A stretch of 64,000 nt of DNA from Octopus vulgaris (Eukaryota). Of this stretch, positions 39,809 to 53,551 are shown in pieces. The DNA lies in NCBI GenBank assembly GCA_951406725.2, contig OX597831.1, forward strand, positions 35,092,001 through 35,156,000, given 5' to 3'. A program made the translations under genes and the position numbers. Each line of letters starts with the position of its first letter. The first letter of the stretch is position 1. Below the pieces are notes generated by a model. That model was not told where the DNA came from. It worked only from the letters and a program-made list of their open reading frames with translations, and ran no database searches.

Positions 39809-41090
39809 CATACATATATATACATACACACACATATATATATATATAATGTGTGTGTGTTTGTAGGTTTGATCGATTGAGCGATCGAACGTTTCTAGCC
39901 TATCACTAAAGTTGATTGTTTTATTGATCTTGGTTGTTGGTAGTGGTTTTGTTTAGCCACAGGTTAGCCCTGATTAAGCAGGCTTATGATCAAAGGTGTT
40001 CTAATCGTGACCATCCCATATTGTTACTGTTATCATCATTTTGTTTGTTTTACTTTCTAAACACATTATACCTTTAGCGCAGTAATTATCCGATGTACCC
40101 TTCCAACCTGTATGACTATCGGGTATGGTTTGTGAGGGATTTGGTTGTTGTATCTAGCAGATTGAGTGTCTGCATGGAGGTTACTTATTCTAGGCGCCCT
40201 TTATTTAAGAAGTTTAATTATAATCTGGTCATTACGCAGAAGCTTCCTTGTTGGTTTGAGTTGCTAAGGTTAATGTTTAACCCTAGGTCAGTCTCGATCA
40301 AATTGTCCTCTGATCAGGACAGTACGGCGTAATTTGACGGAGATTTACCTGCTATTTCTAGTATGTCGAACGACTACGCAGAGGCTCCTTTGGTGGCTAG
40401 TCCTTTATAGTTGTAGTTGTTTACCAGTCTCCTCCAGATCAGCCGTAATCGAATGCGTTCCAGCTATGACCATCAGTCCATCCTGTCTTTCTGTGTTATA
40501 AGCGATTACATCGTCCAGTGTAGGGGTTTTAGCTGTTTTTTCTAGCATGTTGATTGGCCTCATTGAAACTCGCTCGTTCACATATGAGGGGTCCCTTCTC
40601 GTTAGTTCGAGACCTGAGGTGTGGGACGGGATAAAAAAAATTTTTTAAATCAGTACAGCATTCTTGCGAGATTTGAACGTGGAACGACGGGACATCTAAC
40701 GCCAACTAAATTACAGTGACGCATTTTTTTAACTTCCTCGTGCCATTTAATTTACAATGGATTTCTTTCTTTCTTGCTTTTATTCTCTTTCGATTTATAT
40801 TTCATATCACATTGAGATAGACATTGAGTTTATTTCTTATTGCGATATTACTCACTCCTCTACTGCATACTTAGATTAAAACAAACACCCACCCTCTATA
40901 TGAGGGTGGGGCGGAAACTATAGCTACCGCTTATGGCTAATTCCACTTGCTTTAATTGTTGTCGCTGTGTCCCAAGTCACCTCCGATTCAACAGGCCTTT
41001 GATAAAAGGCGTTCCGGCCAAGGCCATGACAGTCCATTGCAAATCTAAGACTACTTTATGCAATATGTCCTGTCTTTTTCCAGATGGAAG
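37920..41090 (-). mobile_element. Cluster of old retroposon family E copies
   Basis: Repeated gagattt.gctgctatttctag and ...tgatcaaagg..ttccagc...gaccatc motifs, preceded by (TTG)n-like tails. Other copies at about 8730-8930, 9150-9430, 44300-44550 and 55130-55290. Confidence 0.6.
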
Positions 41091-41559
41091 GGTGTAATGG
41101 GCAGCACGAGACCGGGATTATTCTCAGGCGGGCCGCATTACTTAAAAAAAAAAAAATCATGTTTATTTTTCGATGGGCGTACCATTCGTAAATCCCGGCG
41201 GACAGCAGGTTGCTCATAGCTGATGTATTGTAATGCGAGGAAGATTTTTGCATTTAACTGCCAAAAACATAGTCATACTTTTTCTTTCGATTCCGATCCT
41301 ACACTCCGTTACACACTTTTTCGTGTTGTTCGTCCTGTGGTGTCTCACTTCCGTTGTCCTTGTGGCAAAAGAAAAAAAAAAAAAAGTCCCTATTATTTGA
41401 ACAGTATATAATTTTCACTTCACTTCTTGTTTCAAATCCTGCCAGCGCCTGACTTTGCCTTGGACTAGCAGTAGTTGCTATGCCGGGTGGATGTCGATGT
41501 ATCCGTAATATTTCTCTTACAAATTTTTCTCGGCTGGTGCCAGAACAAGAAATCCTAAT

Positions 41560-41885
41560 TGTCGTCATAACGAACGTCGTAATAATCATCTACGTCATAA
41601 TCAACGTTGTAATCATCATAAATCATTGTCATAACCAACGTCATCGCTGTCATAATCATCGTTCTCAGTACTATTGTCATAACCAACGACTTGGTAATAA
41701 TCATTATCATAACCGTCGTGATTATAAATCATCATAATCATTAATTATCATTATTATCATCGTCGTAATAATGATCGTCGTCATTATTATCGTTGTCATC
41801 GTCACAATCGTCTTAGTCATCATTACAATCATCGCCATCATAACCACGAGCGTCATTATCATCATTAATAAGCAATAATCATAAA
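41560..41885. repeat. Degenerate (ATC/GTC)n repeat
   Basis: Trinucleotide periodicity of atc/gtc/ata. Confidence 0.8.
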
Positions 41886-42420
41886 CATCGCTACATATAT
41901 ATATATGTATGTATGTATGTACATATATATATATTGGAGGTTGGTTAGTGAGTAGGGGTCAAATATTTGCTTTGCAGAAATTTCATTTTTGCACAATTAA
42001 GTTGGAAGAATTTTTCTCTCCTTATCCTTTTCCGTATTTCTGTTTTCTGCATCCAATTCCGTTGCATTGCATTACATTGCATTTCAGTTCTTTACTTCTG
42101 TCTCCAGACGTCTATGATGTCAGTCACACAGCATCATCATTAACAGCCATGCTACTCCAGTGCTATCGCCGTTCTTCCGTAGTCTCCCCCCCCACCTTTC
42201 TTTCTTCTTCTTCTTTATATTTCACCGCCGAGGGACTCGGAGGGGTTAGTTGACATTTGAAGAGATGGAACTAGCCACATACTAATACACACTCGCAAAC
42301 ATATATGCATGAGTGTGCGAAGGCGCGCCTGCATATATATGTATTTATAAATATATACATGCATATATCTATGTATATATATATATGTGTGTGTGTGTAT
42401 ATGCATCTATATATGCATAC

Positions 42421-42451
<31 letters not shown>

Positions 42452-42826
42452 CAGAGAAATATATATGCATATATACACTCATATATATATGCACACACAT
42501 TCAATTATTTTTTACATCAGTGAGTCCAAATTTCTGTTTCCACCTTGCTTCCAGGCGTCTTTTTTTTTGTTTTTGAGTGAGCATGTGTGCTGCATGTATG
42601 TAAATGTATGTGTTTATATATGTAAGGGTGTGTATGTGTGGCTATATATTTTCATCCCATATCTACACCTTTCTCCCACGTATAGTCTGAATTAAAAACA
42701 AAATTCTTTAGAAATTATAAAACATTCCAGTTAGACACTAGAATTTGAGAAAGATGAGATGAGAAATAGGATTTTGCGATGTGCATGCTCCTGATGCATA
42801 CGTACATATATATATACATACATATG

Positions 42827-42873
<47 letters not shown>

Positions 42874-44873
42874 AATGCGTTAACGATCTTCATGCGAACT
42901 TAAGAACAAAGAAAATACCGATTTTTCGATAGAATACCAAATTTTTCATTTGTGTAATTCCATATGTACGTTTGCATTATCCATGCATGAATGGATAATG
43001 CGCACCTACATATATACAACCCACATAAACACATGCATACATCTACATTTAATATACACAGACATGCGTGCACACCCGGAAGCTGGAATGCGTGCTTGTG
43101 TGTGTATATATGCATGAGTGTGTACACGCGCCCCAGTGTGTGTATATATATATATATATATATGTATATACCCATTCTCACATACATATGCACACATGCA
43201 TATGTCCGCATGCTTGCACTCTCCACGTATACAAGTTGGTATCCATGTGTGTATACATACATACATAGATACATACTTGCATATATACCTTTGTAAACAT
43301 ATGCACAGTTTGCTTACATACGCCAGACATAAACACATACTCCCACAAACTCAACCATACTCCATATAACTGCAAGTATGTGTATGTATGTATGTATGTA
43401 TATATGGCAATATCTATGAATACACACACATTTTTCAATTATGGAACTATATCAATTTCTAAAAACCCATGACCTACCTACATACCTAATCAACCCCCCT
43501 ATCTATCTACCTGTCTAATCCGCCCACCAACATCTGTGCATTAAATATTAGCTTTAATATTTTCTGTAAAAGAATTATTTTTTCATGTATTTTTCGCTTA
43601 AATTTTAAATCTTAACAAAACATTTACTCTTTCCCCACCGCCCCCTAATCGTTTTAGTTTGCTTTTTTTCTCCACCCCTTTTTGTTTCGTTTATTCTTCT
43701 CAATTTCTTTTACTGTTTTTTTTTTCTCCTAATCTCTCACTCTCATTTCTACATTTCTTCTGTATAAACGTATAAAATATTAAGATAGTTATTTTGGTGC
43801 ATTTACAAAAAGATAAAAAACCCATTTATTATTACCTGTTCAGTTTTCTTTTTACTTTTTCTTATAACTTCCCTCTTTCTATATCTTACTCTTTCTTCCT
43901 CCCTCCCTCTTTCTGTCTGTCTCTCACTCTTGGCAGAGTCTTATCTCTCTCTCTCTCCTCCCTCCGTATGTCACTTTGCCTCTCTTTCTCTCTCTCTCTC
44001 TCCCTCCCCCCATGGCTAAGTCATTCTGACTTCGTTCTTATTCCAATAGAATTTATTCCTGCACCACCATGTCGATAGACTCTTATTACAAGAAAAGTAC
44101 TTCGATAAAATAAACAAAACGACTGTTTTCGACTTAATTGATGCGCTCCTCTCTCTCAACACACACACGCACCCCGCTCTTCCATATTTGCGGCATAGTG
44201 CCCATTACATCATTATTACGAAAGACCGAACGGGCGGGAGGTATAAACGGCTGAATGGCTGGTGATGTATCGCTGATACTTATTTTGTTAACTAACCTTG
44301 AAATAGCAGCCAAATCTCTCGCAAACCACACCCAAGAAGACACGGGTTAATGTAGGTCTAGATATATGATGTTTAGAGAAAATAAATATATAAGACTGAA
44401 TGAGGACATCTGTAATATCTCAGGTCATAGGTCTACTCTGTCAGAATTAACTTGGGGGTCATAGAATCATGATAGACATTGATGGTCATATCCAGGATGG
44501 TACTGGTCATAGCTCTGCTGTATCAGGATTGACCAGAGGTCAAGCAACAGATTAGCTAATCACGAGAAGGGAACTCGTACCTGTTTGCTTAATCTTTTAG
44601 AAAAAGCAGTCAAATCTTTCTCAAATCACATCCTACTGTCTTACAAAAGAAAGGTCATATTATCTTTAAGGCCTCTTTTGCCGAACTCCTGGGCTACAGA
44701 GACGTAAACAAACCAACACCAGTTATCAAATGGTGAGGGGACATGCACAAAGACACAAGTCTGTCTGTCTGTCTCTCTCTCCATTATATCAGTTTCTATA
44801 AATTTCATGATGTTTTATATCTAGATGCTTCTATTGAAGTCATTCAGTTGTTAAACATAAATATATTTATATA

Positions 44874-45108
44874 CAGGGTTGGCCAAAAGTCACCTGGCAG
44901 TAAATCAAAAACTATTTCATTCCAAGATATATTTATGTTTAACAACTGAATGAATTTAATAGAAGCATCTAGATATAAAAACATCATGAAATTTATAGAA
45001 ACTGAAGTCCTTCTTCAGTGCCACATTTTTCCATTCGTGTCAATACAGAATTACAGATAGTATTTATGGAATGTTGACACACTGTCGGGTAACTTTTGGC
45101 CAACCCTG
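44874..45108. mobile_element. Tc1/mariner-type MITE
   Basis: ta|CAGGGTTGGCCAAAAGT ... ACTTTTGGCCAACCCTG; 17-bp perfect TIR. Confidence 0.85.
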
Positions 45109-45544
45109 TGTATTTATGTGTGTGTGTGTGTGTGTGTATATATGGTGATTGTCTGTCTACTCCTAATGCAGAGTCTGACCACCTCTTGTACTTACACCTT
45201 AGATCCATCATAGCATCTGATGTGGCTTTTTAAACCAGACACTGAATTGAAAAGACACCCACATAGAGATTGCATATGATTTGGGGCTACAGTAAGAAGC
45301 ACTTATTCAGGGTGTCATGCAGAGGGACTGAACCCAAAACCACACAGTTACAAAGTGGGCTTTTTACTTCGCCGGGGTTGGAACCCAACTATAATAATAA
45401 TAATAATTGGATAATGTGTTATATTGTGCAGTATATTGTGTTCAAGAAATAAGTTGAGGGCCATAATTGGAAATGCCTGTGATCATATATAGGATATTTG
45501 CTTGACCAAGAATGACTTGGGGGGGATAATCAATAATAATCCTC

Positions 45545-46147
45545 TCTACCATAAGCAGAAGGCCTGAAATTTTGTGGAAGGGGGCTAGTCGAATATCCTT
45601 GAAAGAACGGAAGGTAAAATCGAACTCAGCAGAATTTGAACTTAAAATGTAAGGACTGGTGAAACATTGTTAAGCATTTAGCGTGGCATGCTAATAATTC
45701 TGCCCGCTTGCTAGCTTGATGATTAATAACAATAATAATTCTTTGTACTGGAAGCACAAGGCCTCAAACTTGGGGGAAGGGGTTAAGTTGATTACATCCA
45801 CCCCCAGTGCGTAACTGGTTCTTATATAATCGACCCCGAAAGGGTGAAAGGTAAAGTTGACCTCTGCAGAATTTGAAGACAAAATGTAGCAGCAGATGAA
45901 AAACTACTAAGCATTTTGCCCAGCATGCTAACGAATCTGTTCTACTCTAGTCATAAGGCCCGAAATTGGGGGGGGGGGGCAGTAGATTAGATCAACCCCA
46001 GTACGGAACTGGTACTTAATTTATTGACCCCGAAAGGATGAAAGGCAAAGTCGACCTCGGATGAATTTGAACTCACAACGTAAAGACAAACAAAATATTG
46101 CTAAGCATTTTGCCTGGTGTTCTAACGATACTGCCAGCTCGCTGCCT

Positions 46148-46148
<1 letters not shown>
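45545..46148 (-). mobile_element. Tandem cluster of three SINE family B copies
   Basis: Three successive gg.aaagt.gacctc.gc.gaatttgaa cores separated by AAT-rich spacers. Confidence 0.8.
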
Positions 46149-46172
<24 letters not shown>

Positions 46173-46178
<6 letters not shown>

Positions 46179-46442
46179 AAAAACAGAAACAGTTTCTATC
46201 ATAGTGGGCACATTAGGTATGACCAAAAAATAGTCGGACAAGTACATAACAAAAACACCAGTGCTAACAAATATATATAACATACAGAAAATAGCACTAC
46301 TAGGCACTGCACACATCTTACGTAAAACACTTTCTATACAGTAACAATAAGTGCATCACAGCAAACCACAGTACATACCCAAGGCACACAGAGCTGCGCT
46401 CAGTAGTGGAGTGAAAGCACATGATAAAAATAAGACTACTGA
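46173..46442 (+). mobile_element. Dong/R4-like retrotransposon 3' end in (TAA)n
   Basis: SLKTETVSIIVGTLGM...IQKIALLGTAHILRKTL* plus short UTR; (TAA)n on both sides. Confidence 0.85.
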
Positions 46443-47357
46443 ATAATAATAATAATTTCTCACATTAGTATGGGGTATAACATTTGTAAGGAAGACAGTT
46501 TTGTTGATGTTGTTGTGTAACCCCTGTTCAACCATATGATTGGTAAGTGCAATGATTCACTCACTCACCAACATACAACTGTCTCCATCAGTTTCCTGCT
46601 CATCGAATTAGCTTGTAAGAGTATTCCAGTTCACAAACAGAACCAACGCAACTTGTGACAAGGCTGGACTTTCGAACTATAGGTAGATTCCATCCAATAA
46701 GCTTTCACACGTTTTCATCATCATCACCATTACCATTGCCTTTTAATGTCTATTCTATGCTGGCATGAATTGGATGCTTTGACAGTATCTGATGGGCTTA
46801 TGTCATCATCATTATCATCTTCATCAACATCATTGTTTAACGTCCACCTTCCATGCTGGTATGGGTGGAATGATTTGTCAAGAGCCAACCAGCCAGAAGC
46901 CTGCACCACACTTCTGTGACTGTTTTGGAAGGATTTTTACATCTGGATGCCCTTCCTAGCACCAACCACTCAGCAGAGTGGACCTTTTGCATAGCACCAG
47001 CACAGGCAAGGTCAGTTTTTGTAAGGTTTTTTACAGCTAGATGCCCTTCCAAACACCAACCATTTTATAGTGTGGACTGCGTGCTTTTAAATGGTACCTG
47101 TGCTGACAGGGTCACCAAGTACTTGCAATACAACAAAATAAAAAATCTTTTTTGAGAGTGGAGGGGGGCATTGGAGGAGGTGATCTTGTATTGGGCGATG
47201 AATGGTTATAGTATGACAGACATATAGAAACAGGTCTTTTGTTGCAGAGCAGGTACAAGGTTACCTGTCTGGAGGGAGAGTGAGATCAGGAATGAAGACA
47301 GAAACAGGTGCACTGCCGCAAAGGAAATACATGGTCGCCCAACCTGAAGGAAGTGCA

Positions 47358-47389
<32 letters not shown>

Positions 47390-47949
47390 AGACAGTAGGA
47401 TAGAGATGGTGCCAGAGTGCCAGGCATACTAACAAGGGACGGAGATCAGAATTTAAATGGGATGGTTGAGTAAAGGAAGGGAGAGATATTGATGGTGACA
47501 AGTGCCTGGGCATACTCTTGAGGTTTGAACACCATAATATGTGGCAGGATATTGTGAAGGAAGCGTGATTAAAGAGAGCGGAGGTGGTAGGAGTGAGTGG
47601 TGGAAACCTGGGTATATATAGAGTCAGTGGAGCTACCGGATGGCAATGACACAGAGGAACAGGGCCATGAGGACAGGATTGGGGAGTGAGAGCTATCAGG
47701 GGCTAGAAGATAGCAATGGTACAGTGAGACAGGGCATGTGGGTGGAACACACAAGTTGGGGGGCAGCAGAGCGCAATGATACAGTAGCATAGGACCAAGA
47801 GGACAGGATTGGGGAGTGGGAGGTAAGTATAGTGCATGAAGTGGAAATGTGAAGAAGAGAAGAGACGTAAAGATGTAGTTTGGCTTGTTGTGGTAGAGTG
47901 TGTGACAAGTTTTCTCATTAAGTGTGGGTAGGACACACAGCACTTCTAG

Positions 47950-49140
47950 AAATCAGTTTTGCTGACGTGGGCAGGTCTTCTTAAGAACTTCATATCACCA
48001 GACATCTCAGTCCAATTTCATTTCATCTGTGAGGCCCAACATCCTGAGATTGCTCCTTACCACTTCATCCCACATCTTTGTAGGTCTCCCACTTCCATGG
48101 GTACCATCTACTTTCAGTGATCAGCACTTCTTTATGCAGCTGTCCTCATTCATTCACATGTCCAAATCAATGTAGTCTTCTCTCTTGCATGCTACATTTG
48201 ATTCCTCTTATGCCCAACTTTTCACTCAATACATTTGCACTTTGTCATATATGCGCACTGATGCTGCACATCCAATGGAGCATACCTTCATTTCTTTACA
48301 GTCTATCCATATCTTCTGCATTCATTGCCCATATCTCACTACCATGGAGTATAGCTGTTTGCACACAAGCATCATATAGTCTACTTTTTACTCTGAAAGA
48401 GAGTCTTTCTGTTGCCAACAGAGGTAATAGCTCTGAACTTCCTCCACCCAATTCTTATTATAGAAACAATACTTTCAGAGCATCCTCCACCATTGCTAAT
48501 TTGGTCACCCAGGTAACAGAAACTATCTACAACCTCAAGAGAGCCTCTTGGGCATTTGAGAGAATCTAAGTCCTGTGTGCTCTTAGTGCTTATTGTTCCT
48601 GCACATCTGCCACATACAAAGACTACTTTATCTGTTAATCTACCTGTGATACCACTACACATCTTATGTGTCCATAGTTTACACTGAGTACAGTGAATGG
48701 AATGTCTTCCAACTACTTTCCTAGATATTGAGTAGGGCCATTTATCAGATGGAAAGAGTGTTTTATCTTCATTCTTACTAATAACAACTTTGGTTTTTGC
48801 TAGATTAACTTTAAGGCCCTTTGATTCCAGGTTTTGTTTCCATGCCTGAAATTTCTTCTCCAATTCTACTAAAGATTCTGCAAAAAGAGCAAAGTCATCA
48901 GCATATAGCAGTTCCCACGGGCACCCAGTTTTGAATTCCTTTTTTATGGCCTGGATGACTATAATGAATAAGAGTGGGCTGAGAACTGAGCCCTGGTGAA
49001 CCCCTACCTGAACGCTAAATTCATCACTGTATTCATGACCAACTCTCACCTTACTGACAGCACCACTGTACATGGCTTATACAACTCTAACAAGCCACTC
49101 CTCTTCTCCTAACTTCCTTAGAGACCACCATATAACAGAG
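47950..49140 (-). mobile_element. RTE/RTEX-like LINE RT fragment with Cys-rich (PHD-like) insert
   Basis: ORF 48381..49073: VGVHQGSVLSPLLF, WELLYADD, CTQCKLWTHKMC...CGRC, FCYLG. Confidence 0.9.
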
Positions 49141-49621
49141 TGGAGAAGGAAATTTATTTAGTGGGTGTAAACCCAGATCCAATCAACCCAGGATGTTCAA
49201 AGTGTTTTCATTGCCCCCTACCTCCAAATTTTAGGGAGTGCGTCTACTCCTCCTGCACCCTCTATTCGCAAGTCTATGCTTATGGGTCCGGGGACTGCAT
49301 CGTGTTATGCACTACTGTCTACTTAAGAATGGTTTATACGGCTTGAAACTCCTCCAGACTCCAGCCACTTTACCATATGTGTTGAGTGTTTTTTCTTATA
49401 TTTTTCATGCCACCAGCACCAGTGAGATCAACATGCAACAAGCAAGACTATGAGCCCTAAGCGAGGTAGCTTTGTGTTAGAGATGAGGGGGGTTAAAGTA
49501 TGAGAAAAAGGGCTACAGCAAAACAGGTTTCTTACTGTACATTGCCATTCACACTTTAAAGGAGAGGATAGGGGGTGATAGGTTAGAGATAAAATTGTGG
49601 TGATGAGGTGTCTGTGTGAAC

Positions 49622-49880
49622 CAGTGGTTCTTAACTGGGGTCCTTATGGCCCTTGATGGAGTCCATATCAGATTTTGTTGTTAAAATTTATCTGCAATAA
49701 GTTAGCTATACTTTTACAATACTCAAAATATTTTAACAATTTTTCTTTCTACTAATCCTAATAATATTTAATTGTAAATATGCTATGAGATTTTTTAAAA
49801 CATTGAATGGCTAGAAGGGTCCATCCAAGTAAAACAGGAACCAGAGGGGTCCATAAATAAACAACGGTTGAGGAATATTG
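49622..49880. mobile_element. hAT-like MITE, degenerate
   Basis: Starts CAGTGGTTCTTAAC with subterminal ggggtcc repeats; right end decayed (ggttgaggaat). Confidence 0.45.
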
Positions 49881-51553
49881 GTGTGGACCCTTAAGGTATG
49901 AGGTAAGTAGAAATGAGTGCAGCAACAGAACGGGGAGTGTATGCGGGTAGAAGTTGCAACAGTGTAAGAGAGAGTGAGAGGTAGGAAGTGGGTGAGAGGG
50001 TGAATGTAATGAATGAAGATTGGATAATAAGTAAAGGAAGTTTGCCTCCCCAGTTTCATTCACAAGGTTTGGATCAGCCTCAGATCAAGTCACATGACAC
50101 TTGGCCAAGATGCTGTGCAACGAGATTGAACCCTGGACTCACCATTATTCTATTGTTATCATTACACTGCACCTGTCCCTGTCCCTCTGAACAAAGCTGA
50201 TTCCTGCCATGCTACCTGTCATCCAGACACAGCTGTCTCTCCACCACTTCGAGCATTCTATTCTCTTCCCCTATCCTAGTCACCACACCAACCTCTCTAT
50301 CCAGTCCTTCTGTAAATATTTGTAGTTGCTTATATTCATTCATTCACAGCTGCTTTTTCCTTGTTAGCAAAGGTTTGCTGAACACATTATGTCTCTTATC
50401 TGTTTCAGTTATTAGACCGTGGCCATGCTGGGGCACTGCCTTGCAAAACTTTTCAGTCGAATTAACCAACCCCAGTACTTGATTTTTTAAAAAACTTGTT
50501 ACTTATTCTATCAGTCTTTTTTCACTGAACCACTATGTAAACAAACTGACACTGGTTGTTATGTGGTGGTGGGAGACAGACAGACACACACACACAGATA
50601 GATAGATACGATGGGCTTCTTTAAGTTTCTGTCTACCAAATCAACTCTCAAGGCTTTGGTAAACCCAAGTCTATAGTAGAAGAGACTTGCCCAAGGTACC
50701 ATGTGGTTGGGAAGCAAGCTTCTTACAACCCAACCAAGCCTGGTTTTGTATTGAATATATAGGTCTCTGAGATGGTTGACATTTTAGAGATAGTAGGAGT
50801 AACCCCTTGTTTCTGGTAGTGTATTGAAAGTAAATGGAAAACTGGAAGAAGCCTGTCATATATATGTGCGTGCGTGTGTGTGTGTGTGTATGTATTTGTG
50901 TGTCTGTGTTTGTTCCCCCACCATCGCTTGACAACCGATGTTGGTGTGTTTACATTCCCGTAACTTAGCGGTTTGGCAAAAGAGACCGATAGTATAAGTA
51001 CTAAGCTTACAAAGAATAAGTGCTGGGGTCGATTTGTTTGACTAAAGGTGGTGCTCCAGCATGGCTGCAGCCAAATGACTGAAACAAGTACAAAAATGAA
51101 GGAATATTTGTAGAGTACTCATCCAATTGCTCGTTAATTTCATGAGCAGGCTGTTCCATTGATCAGATCAGCTGCAACCCTTGTCATTATAACCAATTGA
51201 GTGCCAGTTATCCAGTATTTTCACAGAAGCACACAGCTTAGTGGTTAGGGTGTTAGACTCATGCTCGCAGGATTATGGTTTCAATTCCTGCACTGGGCGA
51301 TGTATTGTATTCTTGAGCAAAACATTTCATTTCACATTGCTCCAGTCCACTCAGCTGGCAAAATTGAGTAATAGAGTGAAGTTGTGACAGGCCTGGCCAG
51401 CTGGTGATGGACAGTGGACCAGACTAAAAAGCAAATAGAAGGGAACTTTTTGACTGGCCGGTCATAGGCCTACCCTAATGCTAGCTATTACTCTTTTAAT
51501 ATCACATATTTTTTTAGTTAAACTTGAGACTAGATTATCCAGTGGGTTGATCC

Positions 51554-52028
51554 AGTGATATCACAGGTAGATTAACAGATAAAGTAGTCTTTGTATGTGG
51601 CAGATGTGCAGGAACAATAAGCACTAAGAGCACACAGGACTTAGATTCTCTCAAATGCCCAAGAGGCTCTCTTGAGGTTGTAGGTAGTTTCTGTTACCTA
51701 GGTGACCAAATTAGCAATGGTGGAGGATGCTCTGAAAGTATTGTTTCTATAATAAGAATTGGGTGGAGGAAGTTCAGAGCTATTACCTCTGTTGGCAACA
51801 GAAAGACTCTCTTTCAGAGTAAAAAGTAGACTATATGATGCTTGTGTGCAAACAGCTATACTCCATGGTAGTGAGATATGGGCAATGAATGCAGAAGATA
51901 TGAATAGACTGGAGAGAAATGAAGGTATGCTCCATTAGATGTGCAGCATCAGTGCGCATATATGACAAAGTGCAAATGTATTGAGTGAAAAGTTGGGCAT
52001 AAGAGGAATCAAATGTAGCATGCAAGAG
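51554..52028 (+). mobile_element. Inverted duplicate of LINE segment 48182-48656
   Basis: Reverse complement aligns without gaps over 475 bp, with few mismatches. Confidence 0.92.
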
Positions 52029-52502
52029 TGAAGATGACAGAGTAGGATTTATGGGAGATTTGGCTGCTGTTTCTAACAGATGAAACAGCTGTTCAAATTT
52101 GCTTTTTTGGAACACGTGTTAAGACTAGCAGTGATGTAATAGCACTGCTAACACAGTAGAACATGGTATTGACTTATAAAAACGTTTAATATACTTTGTA
52201 GCATATTATAGTTGCATAATGAAACCCCATGTCCTTACAAGTCATTCATCTCTTTTTGGATTTCTTATCTCACTGAGATTGACTTTTAACTTCAATCCCT
52301 TACGAGGGCTGCTAAAATATATACGAGACCTTTTCTGGAGTTAATTCAATCAGTTTTATTCATTTTCTACTAATCGTTACTCTTCTGTCGATATGTTTTA
52401 CTTAGTAAAGATTAATATTGATTTTGAACATGGCCACCAGTTGACATATTGGGGAAGGGGAAAAGGAGTATAGTCGATAATGTAAACTACAGTATATTAT
52501 TG

Positions 52503-52544
<42 letters not shown>

Positions 52545-53329
52545 TTTCATGGCTTAGTCAAGAGAATGAGCTGTGTCTTTGACCTTGGTAGCCCCCCAAG
52601 AGACCAATGAAATCAATGCACTTTATGTTCAGATTTGTAAGTCAATGTCTGCAGAAAAATTAACAACAACCAGACCAAACAAACCAGAAACATTAATAGT
52701 TGGTTGACTAACTCTGTAGAGGTTCCTTTGATTGTTGTTGTTGATGTTGTTGTGTAATCTCAGGTCAGTGTTCTAATAAAGGAGAGCTATGATAAAAGAC
52801 GTCCTAGTTGTGACCATCCTATCTTTCAATTTTTTTTGTGGGTTTCTTATTTTTAAAAAAAATTTTTCTTTTCCAGACACAGCATGTCCATGTAGGTTAT
52901 GTAATGCTTAATAGAGTTAAACACTTCTGCATTGCATAATTAAAATGCTATTCAGTGATGTATAAGACCATGTCAGAGCTCACTACTAAGGGAGCAAACT
53001 CCAAAAGAAACCCTGCCACATGGTAAAATTGGGTGGGGGGAAGAATGCTTGCTTGGAATTGTCAGCATCTTTTGGCCAGTCCCTGTAGAGTCTGCTCCCA
53101 CACTCATTCTCCCCTGTTCTCACCAGTGAGAAACAACTGTTCTTCCTCAAGTGAGTGTTGGTAGTATCTTGCAAAGGTAGCAATATGTAAAAATACTCTT
53201 ACAAGCAGCATTCATCTTTATCTTCATGTGCAACACTTCAAGTGGAATGTTAGCAGCATCTATCTTACCAGTATATGGCAACAGAAATATAATGACAAGA
53301 GAGTTAAACAGAAAAGGAGGATGCATTAA

Positions 53330-53551
53330 CCCTTATGAGACCAACCCGGTTGAAACCGGCTCTGGCTCTGTAGTACAAATGTCTTGTTTTCATAAGTTTT
53401 GAATTAAAATCTTCCACCAAATCTTAGTCAAAATTTATGTTCCTAACATTAGCTTAATGATAACTAAGTTATTTTATTAAATTCTTTGTTATATTTAAAA
53501 TTATTTGAAAGAAACACAAAGCATCTCAAAATAAATACAGTAACGAAAGGG
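53330..53551. mobile_element. TTAA-flanked MITE, second family
   Basis: ttaa|CCCTT ... AAGGG|ttaa. Confidence 0.65.
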
